Notes under the pieces: generated by a model
Told to the model about the DNA's origin: nothing
What the model saw: the letters and a program-made list of their open reading frames with translations, nothing else
The model's database searches: none
DNA from: Paragordius varius
Taxonomy: Eukaryota > Animalia > Nematomorpha
Reading direction: 5' to 3'
Length of the DNA stretch: 64,000 bases
Assembly (NCBI GenBank): GCA_964247055.1
Contig: OZ176054.1
Span: forward strand, 11,098,001-11,162,000
Shown: piece by piece, positions 21,411-32,700 of the stretch
Position numbering within the stretch: position 1 is the stretch's first letter
Layout: the number at the start of each line of letters is the position of its first letter
Translations under genes and position numbers: made by a program

Positions 21411-21748
21411 CCATTTACAGTTCAAATTTGCCCTTTGACAATTTAAATCCGCCCTCGAACAATCCAAATTCACCCCTGAACAATTCAAATTCACCCTAAA
21501 AATAAATTATATGTTTTCGAACTAATATAACTCATTATTAATATGAAATATAAGTTTATGGAATAGTTTATTATTTTTTTAATATTATTTTAATTTAAGG
21601 AAAAATTCTATTTTATAAAAATTTAGGTAATTTTTATCTTAAAAATCATATAATTTATTTCAGGGTGAATTTGAATTGTTCGAGGGTGAATTTGAATTGT
21701 TCAATAGTAAATTTGAATTGTATAAGGCTGAATTTGAATTGTAAGTGG
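21411..21748. mobile_element. MITE family A copy 6 (most complete copy), inserted at TA in family D
   Basis: TA|CCATTTACAG...TGTAAGTGG|TA with four subterminal repeats per arm. Confidence 0.9.
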
Positions 21749-22022
21749 TATATATGCTAAGTTTTAATATCAACTAAAATTATTTTTAAAAAATTTATTT
21801 TTAGGGAAAATTTTGTTGAAGCGTTCGTACTTTATACTAGTTTGAGGCATGATGAAAACGGTATAAAAACGCTTAAAGAAATTATAAAAAAATATTTTTT
21901 ATATAATTCAATGATGCTGAACATTGCTATTATCTCAGATTATTGATTAAAATATTCGATCATCAAATTTATAAATATAGTATGTTTACATAAATATAAC
22001 AAAATTTTTAGTTAAATGAATT

Positions 22023-22782
22023 TTTAACACTTCAAATTGGGGTATCCAAACACCATACAATATTTAAGTTGATATCAAAAAAGTACTGAAAGAAACGCCT
22101 AATGTATGCTTCTATCCTTTTAAAAATTATATAAATAAAACAATAGTTTTGAAAAAAGTTCCATATCAAACTTCTTGAACGCCATTTTATTTTACATTAT
22201 TTATGTAAAATATAATGTTTATTTGTCTCCATATTTATTTCCAATTTCTGACTATCACTTGGATACAAACATTCATTTCAAACTTTAAATTGGGGTAGTT
22301 GGATACCCCAGGCTGTTTAACATCAAATACTTTGAAAAATATGGAAAGAATCGGAATCATGGGAAAATTTTGCACTTATATAACATTAATATCCCGAAAT
22401 ATTTTTTATTCAAAAATACTTTATATTACTTATTTTGATGTGAAACTCAAAGTTAAAAATTTAGTCAACGTAACATGTGCGCACTGGCTAAATTGAAAAA
22501 CAAAATAAACCCATTTTTCAATTTCTATCATTGTTAGATATAATTTAAATAAAAAATTAGCTTTAATTTTACCGTTAAAATTAACACTTGGATACAAGAC
22601 ATTCATTTCAGTCCTTCGATTCAGATTGGGGTAGTTGGGTACCACAGGGCTGTTTTAAATTAAATAATTTAATAAATATAGAAGGAATCGAAATCATGGC
22701 AAAATTCTGCACCTATATAACATTGATAAACCGAAATATATAAAAAAAATTATTCAAAAAATACTTGATATTTTTATTTTAA
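22023..22782. repeat. Cluster of partial MITE-C copies in mixed orientation
   Basis: ttaacacttcaaattggggt at 22023; cacttggatac right-end copies at ~22256 and 22585 are inverted relative to 22783-23346. Confidence 0.72.
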
Positions 22783-23346
22783 CACTTCGATTCAAATTGG
22801 GGTAACTAAATACCCCAGACTAAATTTGTGTTACGATTTTTCGAAAACTACTGATCCGATCCCAATTTAAATTTATGCTTCTAATAAAAATTATAGAAAT
22901 ATGCCAAAATATCTTGATAAAATTTTGTTTTGAAAAAAAAGCTTCATGTCAAACTACTTCGACGCCATTTTTATTTTATAAAATTTTTGCAAAATATCGT
23001 CTTCATTTAATTAAGGGTAAAATTAAAGCTATTTTTTATTTAAATTACAGCTAACATTGAGAGCGATACAAAAAGCGGTTTATTTGGTATTATTTATTAA
23101 TTTTACCATTTTACACATGTCACGTTGACGAAATTTTTACCTTTAGGTTTTAGCTTAAAATAAGTAATATCAAGTATTTTTAAATAAATTTTTTATATAC
23201 GGTTTATTAGTTACATAAGTGCAAAATTTTGCCATGGTTTGTATTCCTTCCATACTTTTTAATGTATTAGATTTTAAACAGGCCTGGGGTATTTAACTAC
23301 CCCAATTTATATCGAAGGACTAAAATAAGTGTGTTGTATCCAAGTG
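22783..23346. mobile_element. MITE family C (~560 bp, TTAA-flanked, piggyBac-like)
   Basis: TTAA|CACTTCGATTCAAATTGGGG...GTATCCAAGTG|TTAA; colinear with 59515-60071. Confidence 0.82.
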
Positions 23347-23771
23347 TTAAAACTAGACCATTTTAGAAGAGCAAAAAATTTGGGAATTTCGGAGCTCACA
23401 TCGAAATTAAATTTTTTTATAATATTGTTTTGCTATTTATACGGAGCGTTTACACTTCTCAAAAAAGCAGGATTCAACGAAATGTGCCCAAACTTTACCA
23501 TTTTCGGGGAACGGTCACAAAAGTGGAAAGTTTTATATATCACTCCTAAGTTCCAAAACCAAAAAGCACCGGTATATATATATATATATTATCAGGATAT
23601 ATTATATATCCCCTATTTTATACTCAATCTATATGTGTAATGAGCTATTGAATAAATATTTTATATGTAATTTAAGTTATTCGCTATTTAATCGATTTAG
23701 TTTAATTTTTTGTACATTTAGATTAACACATGCTGCTGTTTTTTGCTAACCGGTCGGCATGCTTTTTTTAA

Positions 23772-25265
23772 ATGAGCCTTTTTAGAAACTTTTTTCTTAA
23801 ATTCTTTAAAAACATGGATATAATTAAACCACCAATAATATTTATTGTTGGGCCAACCGCATGCGGAAAATCAAAATTAGCGGTTGATATAGCAACCTCA
23901 CTTAGTAATAAATTCGAGATCATTAACGCGGATACAATGCAAATGTATAAAAGTTTACCCATCGCAACAAACAAAATATCTACGATAGAACAAGAAGGTA
24001 TAAAACACCATCTTATAGATTTTTTGGACCCGTTTAGTAATATTTATAATGTGCAAGAATTTCAAGAAAAAGCTCACAACATTATTAACGATTTAACGAC
24101 CAATATGACCATACCTATAATCGTTGGTGGGACTAATTACTATATCGAGGCTTTACTTTGGAATTACTTGATTAGAAAAAATGCTAATACCGGCATTTCA
24201 CCATTGGAGCCACATACACTTTTCGATCAGTTTAAGCAAGACGTGGAAACGATACTTTTGTCACATGATGCGAAAAAACATACCAATATGTATGATCCTT
24301 ACAATGTTTTAATGGGTAAAAGTGTTCAAGACATACCAACTCCAATACTATATAATCTTTTCTTCAAACATGATTATCAACAATCACTCTATATACATCC
24401 TCTGGAGCGCCGTAAAATAATTCGATATCTTCAAATATATCTGCAAACCAAACAACAACCTAGTAATGTCATAAAAAATCAAAAGTATAAAGCTAATCCA
24501 GATTCGTCAATAACCCCTAATATAGATAAAAACATAAGTGGATCTTTAAATTATCCCAATGCTGTTATGTTTTATATCAGTGCTGAACCGACTTTATTGC
24601 AAAATATTATAGATGAGAGAGTTGACAGTATGATTGATAAGGGTTTATTAACGGAATTAGTAAATTTTTATGAATCAGTTTTACTTTCGCATCCATTGAA
24701 AGAGGCTGCTTTAGACACTAATAAAGGTATATTTCAGAACATTGGATTCAAAGAATTTCGACAACTTATAGAATTGAAGGTAAATTCCAAAACTAGTAAC
24801 AGTGTAAATGTTGAGAAACAGTTAATTAAATGCACAAAAGCCCTAAAACTTTCTACATACAAATATGCTAAACGCCAAATAAAATTTATTAATTCTCGTT
24901 TTATTGAAAGACGTCAACTTACCGATAGGCCATTTATATACAAATTTGATTTAATTACAGACCATTTCACGAATCGGGAACTATGGTTAAATGACATTGT
25001 CCAACCCGCTAAAAATATATTGTTGACTCATATGAAGTATGGGTATGATAAAACAAATTTATCCATGTTGTTAAACGAGAACAACGAGTGTTGTAAAAAA
25101 CATTTTGTTTATACAGCACCTTCCCCGAATACGAATGTAATGGAAAGTGCTAAAGTGTTTGAATGTCCCATCTGTACTAAATATATGATTGGACCTAAAT
25201 CATATCAATCACATCTACAATCTAAAGGGCACAAAGCGGCCATAAAAAATGAAAAAGCAATTTAA
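23772..25265 (+). CDS. TRIT1: tRNA dimethylallyltransferase (TRIT1/MOD5/MiaA family), 497 aa, single exon
   Basis: P-loop GPTACGKS, EIINADTMQMYKSLPIATNK, HHLIDFLDP, VGGTNYYIEALL, QNIGFKEF, YAKRQ, and a C-terminal C2H2 finger CPIC...HLQSKGH typical of eukaryotic members. Confidence 0.97.
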   Translation: MSLFRNFFLKFFKNMDIIKPPIIFIVGPTACGKSKLAVDIATSLSNKFEIINADTMQMYKSLPIATNKISTIEQEGIKHHLIDFLDPFSNIYNVQEFQEKAHNIINDLTTNMTIPIIVGGTNYYIEALLWNYLIRKNANTGISPLEPHTLFDQFKQDVETILLSHDAKKHTNMYDPYNVLMGKSVQDIPTPILYNLFFKHDYQQSLYIHPLERRKIIRYLQIYLQTKQQPSNVIKNQKYKANPDSSITPNIDKNISGSLNYPNAVMFYISAEPTLLQNIIDERVDSMIDKGLLTELVNFYESVLLSHPLKEAALDTNKGIFQNIGFKEFRQLIELKVNSKTSNSVNVEKQLIKCTKALKLSTYKYAKRQIKFINSRFIERRQLTDRPFIYKFDLITDHFTNRELWLNDIVQPAKNILLTHMKYGYDKTNLSMLLNENNECCKKHFVYTAPSPNTNVMESAKVFECPICTKYMIGPKSYQSHLQSKGHKAAIKNEKAI

Positions 25266-25301
25266 TGCTCTAGCTAATGTACATTATAATCTAAAAATTT
25301 A

Positions 25302-26577
25302 TTAAGAGACATTTATTGACTTAATAATGAATGACAAAAAGGGTTTATCCAGTTTTAAAGGCCGTACTACACACTGCTGTGTGTACAGGTGTAATACATC
25401 TTTAAGTGTAAGGAATAAAAAGTCGTTTGGTATTTCACAACACTCATCATGTTCCATACCAGCAAAATCAAATTCTAGTCGCAAATTATCAAGAGAGAAA
25501 ATTTTATTAGTATCCCAAAAAGCATAGTCCATATCTGTTCCATATTTGACTTTTGATTTGTTGTGGTATTTTGATGGAAACATTTGTGTTAGGTGAGCTG
25601 CAAAAGTATCATGCTCACAGAAATCAGAAATGATATCATACCTCCCATAAGCTGGATAATACAAAACAACCGGAAAATGTAATTGCTTTTGTACATCAAC
25701 GTAAAGATACGTATCCGATTTGTCCTTACATAAATATTTATAAGGATTGGATTTGACGTCTTCTATAAATTTGGATTGCATAAAATCATCATTGTTTGTA
25801 ATTAAGCCACCATTTGTTTCAATATCTTTTGTCAAAGCTTTTGTATTAATGTATGAATAAATTGTCCGTAAAAATGGATATTCCTCAACATTTTCGAGAA
25901 TATTTTGATCAATATGTATATTGTAAGATTTTAATTGGTCGATAATCCGTTTGTAAATAAATGTTTTTAGATGATTGCATAATAAGCTTAAAACTTTCCT
26001 CTCCTGAATTTCTTGACATTTTTTGATACAAATTTTTTCTTTTCCTGAAAAAAATAATTTATCTTCATCAGTTAGGGTTAAATTGGAAAGAGCCTTTTGG
26101 CAGTAGTCCAAAGCTACTTCATATTTGCCGAGTTTAATAGCAACTATGACTGCTTTTATATAGGCTTTGGTATAATTATCTTGAAGTTCTATTGTCTTTT
26201 GGAAATCATTTAAACTGGAACGTAAATTATCCTAAATTAATTAGAATTTTACTCATATTGAAATGCACTGTACCACGATTAAAAAATATTTTTGGGTCAT
26301 ACATGTTACATTTATGGGATAATTCAATCGCTTTGTTATACGATATCAGTGATTCCTTATTCATATTAGATTTTAAATAAGTATCGCCATCATTTTTGTA
26401 AGTTTTAATATTGGATGCATCGTCCTCGCCATATTTTATATCCTAAATAAATGTTCTACCAACCATCAATGCTTCAAACAATTCCGGAATTTTTTCATCT
26501 TTAGAAAAAGGCTTTGTACGAAAAAAGGGATGCTTTTCAAGCTCCTCTTCCCAATTTTCTTCAGTAAGGTCTTGCAT
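25302..26577 (-). CDS. TTC4: TTC4/CNS1 family TPR Hsp90 co-chaperone (~410 aa), three exons with micro-introns
   Basis: Exon 1 26577-26464 (MQDL...HPFFRTKP...ELFEALM), 21-nt GT-AG intron 26463-26443, exon 2 (TYKNDGD...YNKAI...NRGTVHFNM), second micro-intron at ~26253-26231, exon 3 (NLRSSLND...KAYIKA...HFPVVLYYPAYGRYDIISDFCE) to the stop at 25302. Confidence 0.88.
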
Positions 26578-27379
26578 AATAAAGTGTTAAATGTGAAGAT
26601 AATAATACCAAACATTTCAACAATATTTGGGCGCATAAAAATTCTTAGGTTAGAAACATTGTTATAAGTAAAATATATAATTGTGTCTGGATATAAGTAG
26701 TGTTTTGAGTAGTTAACTGGATAATTTTTAGTTTAAATCTTTTAGCTTTTGTGGTTATTTTCTGCCATACACATAATCGGACAGAGCGAACAAAAATGTC
26801 CAGATATTTATATGTATTTGCCCATATTTTTCTAAAAAAAATTTATACCAAAAACTAATGATGACTAATACATATCAAAAACTATAACACTGCCTTTACA
26901 ATCGGGGGGTATACAAAAATAGCCTGATTATATATGTATGTATATTCTCATAAAAACTTGTTTCAGAATTATCACTATGCTTTTCGTTTTGGCCCTTACA
27001 AGTTATTTACGCTTTTGTGATAATTCCTCCATATCAAATATGGCAAAATTAAATAAATTTTTTTGGTGAAAGCTATAGGCTTCATTCCGAAAGTACCGCT
27101 AAAATATATGATAAACTGCAAGTAAAGAACAAAACATTTAAACTTAGGTGTGCGCGCTAAAGTTCTCAGATTCTTTTGTTCTTCTCAAATGGTCTAATCC
27201 TCTAAATAAAGAAAAATGCCGGTATCGTGCGATAAAATTTTGTATGATAATTCTAAATATGAACTAAAATTTTTCAAAAAAAATTTACAGCAAACTTTTG
27301 CTGAAGTGTAAATCATAATATTTCAAGTCATTATCGAAACGGTTTGCAAACGCTTCAAGATTTCATAAAAACATTTTTT

Positions 27380-27950
27380 ATCTATAGTTCGATGTGCCGA
27401 ATCTCGCCTTAGAATTTTAATTAAAATATTCGGTCAAATTTATATATATAAATTGTGTTCAAAATTATTACGGTATCCAAATAAGACATAAAAAACCACT
27501 GAAAGGAGTTCCAATTAAATAATAATTATTATAAATTAGCAAATAATATAGATAAATTTTAGTTTTTTTTAAAAAAAGTTCCGTATCAAACATTTTGGAC
27601 GCCATTTTTTTGCAATATTTTTGGAAATTATCGTATTTATTTGATATTAAGTCTGAAAATAAGTTTATTTTTTAAAATCACATTTAAAATTGATATGAAT
27701 GGAAAAAGTGGTATATTCTGCATAATTTTTTAAATAGCTCATGCAAACATGTTATGTTCGTTAAGCTTTTATAATGTTTTTCATCTGAATTAGTAACATT
27801 AAGGATTTTTGAATGTATTTTTATTTTTTTTTCGGCCCCATAGTTTTAATTTATTCAATATTTTCTGTATTTAATTTTAAACAAACTTGAGGTATTTAAT
27901 TACCCCAATGTGAATAGAAAGACCAAAATGAATGTATTATATTGTTAAAC
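27380..27950. repeat. Degenerate family C/D repeat copy
   Basis: aaaagttccgtatcaaacattttggacgccattttt and ttgaggtatttaattaccccaatgtgaatag...tgttaa resemble the MITE-C body and right end. Confidence 0.55.
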
Positions 27951-28581
27951 TAAACGGTAAAATTGTGGATACTGCGTAATAAATATTTAAAAAATTGGAT
28001 AAATATTTCACATCAAAAATGTTTTTTTCTTTAAAAATAGATATTTTGGAAATTTTATTTATACTAATTCGGTGATAGTCTTTTAGTATTTTGAGTATAA
28101 GTGGAACGGTAAATAAACTTAAGATATTACGGAACACTTTTTCCTATAATACTCCAACATTTTTGTGTTGCAGGTAAAATGAATAGTAATTGTCTTTCCA
28201 ATAACATAAATACTGCATGACATAAAAGCATTATATCAATTACATTTGAATGTGCTTAGCGAGGCAAAGCCACTGTTTTTAATAGCCCTTAAACCTCTTC
28301 CTTAAATCAAATTTTTGCAAAAAAAATAAATCTCCCAAAAATCAAACAATTTTTCAGTTTGATAGAGATAGGAATTTTGGTGCTATTTTGCTGTCTCATA
28401 AAAAAGATTAATTCTGAGGTATTCCTAAATTAGCAGGCTGCTCGATAAGACTCTACCCTAAAATACACTTCGAAATTTATGTAAACATTTCTGGAGTTCG
28501 TGTCTCATCATATATTTTTAACTGGGATCATGGTGAAATCACATTAGATCTTGGACTAGTTCCATTGTGTCAACATATATA

Positions 28582-28834
28582 CCATTTATTAAAATTCATC
28601 ACCCTTGTACAATTCTAATTCACCCTAAAAAAATATGTGTACGGGCTAATATAACTTATTTAATATGAAATATATCTATATGGCATAGTTTATATTTTAT
28701 CAGTATTATATTAATTTTTAACATAATTTAATTTTATAAAAATATAAAAAATATAGGTAATTTTTGATCTTAACAAGCACCTAATTTATTTTAGGAATTT
28801 TAATTGTTCGAGTGTGTTTTTGAGCTGTAAATGG
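28582..28834. mobile_element. MITE family A copy 7
   Basis: TA|CCATTTA...CTGTAAATGG|TA. Confidence 0.82.
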
Positions 28835-29514
28835 TATATCATAAATTAAAACTTCAAATTTTATTAAACTAAAATTGAAAAAGAATAGATACTTGAATAA
28901 CGGACAGTTTTAATATGAGCAAAGTTATTTAATGACAATAATTCAATGAAGGGGAAACCATTAAGGGTTAATTTAAGACATTTTTGTTCTAATAACTAAT
29001 TATCGTTTAAGTCATAGACACAATTGGCAGAGCCGGGTAGTTAGGAATTATTGCATTTCAAGGTCTTTAAACCATAGGGTTACGTCAATGCTAATATGCA
29101 CCTGCAACTTAATATTCATATTATAATTCGTGCCATTTTGTCACAAGTAATTTCTTGATATATCTGTACTTCTATTTTGACTTTTTATGCCATTGTATGT
29201 CCAATAAAATTATATAAAAAGCATCCCCTTATCCTTCCACCACTCCATCGAAAACTCAATCAAAATCATTGGTAATATTTTTTCGAAGATCATTTTAAAC
29301 AATATTAATGCAAACCATCGATAAATAAAATACTCGTCTAGTTAAACATCACTTTATACGAATCAGTCATTAATGATTTTGCATTGGAATATATTAGTAA
29401 AAATTGTCATTATTGTATATTTTAAATAATATTTACTGCTATTTAGCTGATATAGGTTTAAAGTTATTTTTATATCTTGTTTTAATATTTATCATCAAAA
29501 TAAATTGTTTCGAT

Positions 29515-29582
29515 TGACTGGGAAAACGTTTTGATTTGGGAAAACGTTTCGATTACTGGGAAACGTTTTTGACTGGGAAAAA
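29515..29582. repeat. Short tandem array of ~18-20-bp units (gactgggaaaacgtttt), 4 copies
   Basis: Direct reading. Confidence 0.75.
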
Positions 29583-29762
29583 ATATATATAGTAAGGTGC
29601 TCGTTAATCAGCAAAATCATTTAATAAGACATTATTATATAATGTTAAAAGAGTATTTTAAGCCAAAAATAAAGTATAAAACTAATAATTATTCAATATT
29701 GTAGTAAATTTAAACATTACTATACATGTAATTCAAAAAAGAATTATTGATTCATACAAAAT

Positions 29763-32700
29763 TTATTTTATGCGTCTCACATTCAATAAGTGATTGAGTG
29801 AAACTTTTATTTTATAGCCAATTTGTTTGTTTTCGGTTTTACAATCTTCTGGTTGGCAATTGAGGTAGTCAGTCGAGTTTATTTTATAAACAATCACTCT
29901 AGCACTTTCCTGATAAGGTAAAAGATATGGTAATATTTGTTCCCACGTGCTCTTCCTATTGTCCCATGTAATATCTATAAATGAAACAAGGTAAATTATT
30001 ATTAAAGCGATTGATAATGACATGTTCAAATTAAGTTAACACAGTGTGGAAAGTATTAAAAGTCGCTTGTACTATTTTTAAAATAAGTGTAAATTTATTT
30101 TTGCTGATTTTAAAGCAGTTTCTACTATATGTTTCGGAATTCAAAACAATAAAAAATAAATACTTCATAATAATAAATTCGATGAAAGAGTAATACTTTA
30201 AAAAATTTGTTATATCATTAAAAAACATCCATAACATGTCTAAGCTTCTCCATTTCGTAAATATGCAAATATATGTATATCAGTCAAAAGCAACACTTTT
30301 TCAAACAAACGCAACATTTTTTCATCCACGCTTAACATCTAGCAAACGCAGCATCATTAATTCCGTTTGGTTGAAAAAATGTTGCGTTTGGTTGAAAAAG
30401 TGTTGCGTTTGTTTGAAAAAATGTTGCGTTTGTTTGAAAAAATGTTTGTTTTGACTGAAAAATATATGTATATATTCAAAAGAAATTATATACTTTTAAT
30501 TTTTTCCTCGCAAATTACAGATTCCAAAGTTATTTTATGAAGAGTTTGTCCTTTCTTTAAATATATGGTTCGGTATTTGGCCCAAACATCTTTCGGTGCT
30601 CTCAAAACCAATTTAGTATTGCGCTTATGAGTTTCAATTTCGTCAATAAATTCATACAACGGATTTAAGATTTCAACACCCTCCTTGGCCCAACCCAATG
30701 TGGAAAAACTTACAATATTTTCACATTCATAGTATTTTCTTGTACTATTACCTAAAAATCAGGCATAAAAATATTTTGTGAAAAGGGTGTTTTTTGGTAA
30801 TTTTTAAGGTTGATATTTTATTAGAATTAGAGTAATAGATTAATTTACCTCGTATACTGGCTTGTCCAGTAGTTTGATTATCTGATTGAGAGATGTTTAA
30901 TTCTAAAAATTTATGGTATATTTATTCAAAGTATGAAAAAAATTTAGCAGTTAGCAAAAAATTAAAATTATATGATCTAAAAATCCATATAATATAGTTT
31001 TAGTTATTCGAGTGGTATTTTTTTAACTTTGGCCCATAATCCTCAATTGGATAGCTAGCTACATTATCTCAATTTTGTGTAAAATTAACCTTATTTTAAA
31101 AATTAGCCAAAACAAAGTGCACACAAAATATCCGAATGACTTTCGGTGACCGTGTCGAATCGCAAAATTAGCTTACATTATGTGTGTCTGTGAAAGAAAT
31201 AACCCCAAAAAATTTATTCAAAACTATAACACACTAAAATTAAAAAACCTAACAATACTATATGAGATTTTTAATTTGATATGGGATGTTCTCCTATCTC
31301 ATATTTTTAGCTCTACCCAAATGCGTTAATGTTGTTTAAATCAGGGGTAGCCAACATGTGGCCCATGAAAAATTAAATTCATAACTTGCAAAAATATGCA
31401 CACAAAATCTTATTAAAATTGATATTTCATAGATATATTTTATGAATAAGTCTATCCAAATAGCAAGAACGAGAAAAGTTGTGACATTTAGCCTTTTTGC
31501 AATCTATGTCTAAAATTTAATAAATTTTTTAGATGCCCATGTATATTTCGAATGCCACCCGCGAAGCCATTTGTTTAGAACACCCTTGGTTTAAATAAAC
31601 GCAAAAGCGAAATGCAGTAGGAATCTATAATGTATGCTAGATCAGGGATAGCGGCCCAAGGGCCGCATGCAGACCTAAAAGTTTTTTTATATGGCCTTAA
31701 ATTATTTATGATTTTTTTATTTTTTAGTAAAAATATCTGCAATTGTGCCCAATAGCTGAGAAATTTTTATCTATATTATACACGGCCCTTGCCACAAAAT
31801 AAATTTTTGTCGCCCTTTAAATTTTTTTGGTGAGTACCACTGTGCTAAATTATAAACATAGTTTGCTTAATAATTGGCAGAATTTTATTAAAGTTTATGG
31901 TAAACTATGATGGAAAAAATTTAAAACACTGTAAGATTAAAACAGTTGTATAAATAAATGCTGAAGATTTCTTTGACATGAATTTAAAAAAATCGGCCAT
32001 AAAATTTAGGTTAGATTTGTAAAAATTTATTAAATATAATATAAGATCTGTTCAAACATCGCACTTTGTGTTTAAAGCTCAAATTGTTTAAATACCGAGT
32101 CCATCCTGCTTAAAAGTATTATAAGCTTCAACAAAATTTGCCAAAATTTAAATTTTAAGGCTTTTTAAAAATAATTTATTTTGGTGTCATATTCCAGGCA
32201 TATAATTGAATTCTTATTCCACAATCCCGGCTCTTTTGCGTTCGTTTTAAAACACTAGCCCATTGGTTGCATTAAATTTAAATTGTTTTATGCTTTTAAT
32301 ATTTCATTACCCTTTGAATCCTTTTGGATGAAGAACATGTTGTTGTCTCATTTGGCTCAGAGATTTATATATTAATAAAAAAACTAAAAAAAATTATGAC
32401 TACCAATAAAAATATTGCTAATTCTAAGATAATTACTAAAAATTTGCTGAAGAACTAGGGTTGTACTGACCAAGTCATGACCCGGAGAATTGACCGGGTC
32501 ATGACCAGGTCAGTGACTATTTATTTTTTGACCATGGTCATTTAAAAAACAGCTGTTTTTTAAAAAATTGCTGGTAAATTTTTTTTTGGTAGAGAGATAG
32601 TAAGATTATATTGTTTTTTAATATATTTTTTTAAAAATATAAATTAAATATTTAAATATGCTTATTTAACAATATAAGATTGTTAAACATGCATCCTTAT

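Noticed and set aside
26443-26445. In-frame TAG in TTC4 as stop-codon reassignment or readthrough
   Set aside because: TRIT1 and AMPD have no internal stops, and a GT-AG 21-nt intron removes the TAG and improves the family alignment.
28900-29400. Further exon(s) of the orphan gene
   Set aside because: The composition is slightly coding-like, but all minus-strand frames contain stops and no consistent splice path was found.
29975-30029. Signal peptide at the start of ORF 29763-30029 as a stand-alone gene
   Set aside because: The hydrophobic start is better explained as intron sequence before a phase-1 acceptor (TTTATAG at 29975) that fits the upstream exon.
30236-30454. 72-aa Cys-rich ORF (KKCCV repeats) resembling a metallothionein or toxin
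   Set aside because: Translation of a 21-bp tandem repeat inside a foldback element.
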